A stretch of DNA of 63,573 bases, filler included, from Octopus bimaculoides (lineage: Eukaryota): NCBI RefSeq assembly GCF_001194135.2. It is 8 parts of 7 records of this genome, joined end to end, with 100 filler letters (N's around TTAATTAATTAA, not from the genome) between each part and the next. Parts side by side here need not be neighbours in the genome. Positions count along the whole stretch, not along the records: positions 60,669 to 63,573 come from NC_069010.1; 7 more parts are not named here. The stretch is one strand, 5' to 3'. The position numbers were made by a program, and so were the translations under genes. Below are positions 63,185-63,573 of this stretch, piece by piece. The notes below the pieces were generated by a model. That model was not told the DNA's origin and searched no databases. It was given only the letters and a program-made list of their open reading frames with translations. How positions within the stretch are numbered: position 1 is the first letter of the stretch; every line of letters starts with the position of its first letter.

Positions 63185-63573
63185 CATCTGTCTATCTGCC
63201 CCTATCAATCATTTTATCTATCCATATATGCACACACATACATACATATGTCTCTTGATCTTAGCAGATTTCTTGCATAGCCTACAAGGTCTCTTCCATC
63301 ATCATTCACCCATAACCCTTCTCTGATTGTTTCTCTCTCATATACACACCTATGTATATATGTGTCCTCCTTATTTCTCACACTGCCCGTCGTGTACGTT
63401 TGTCAAGCCCTAATCCCACCTCTCCACCTGACGATCGCCTTTCCCCGAAACACCACCACCAAATGAAAAGGCAATCATCAGTGGCGATCGTCGTCTTTTA
63501 AACAACAAATTACTGGATCTACCCGACCCCGCAAAAAGAAAGGAATACATATATATACATATATATATATATA

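Overview
AT-rich, repeat-dense, gapped eukaryotic scaffold. The repeat families, microsatellite load and gene content point to a coleoid cephalopod, octopus-like (inference). It is not prokaryotic: no CRISPR array, operon or rRNA was seen. Best-supported gene: three minus-strand exons of a V-ATPase V0 subunit a gene (ATP6V0A1/Vha100-like) at 13437-13522, 4773-4899 and 1106-1188, with canonical splice sites and continuous phase; its N-terminal exons were not found. A second, unidentified minus-strand gene is indicated by an 823-nt exon (37247-38069, disordered, rich in basophilic phosphosites, with a PxIxIT-like motif) and possibly a Cys-containing exon at 45551-45632. There is also an orphan plus-strand exon (56875-56963), a tRNA-Ile(AAT) with a damaged T-arm, and CpG-rich promoter-like DNA at about 60.8-63.5 kb. 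The remainder is tRNA-derived SINEs, RTE, Tx1/L1, R4/Dong-like and Penelope-like retroelement remnants, Tc1/mariner, pogo, hAT and piggyBac-type derivatives, microsatellites and N gaps. The most notable structures are: a ~900-bp palindrome of Penelope-LTR-like sequence inside a V-ATPase intron; several Penelope-associated hammerhead ribozyme motifs, one a complete minimal type I; a Penelope element whose 3' repeat carries a tRNA-like module; three further foldback structures; and internally deleted LINEs, one with a splice-like junction. All alignments and identities were judged by eye; nothing was computed or searched.
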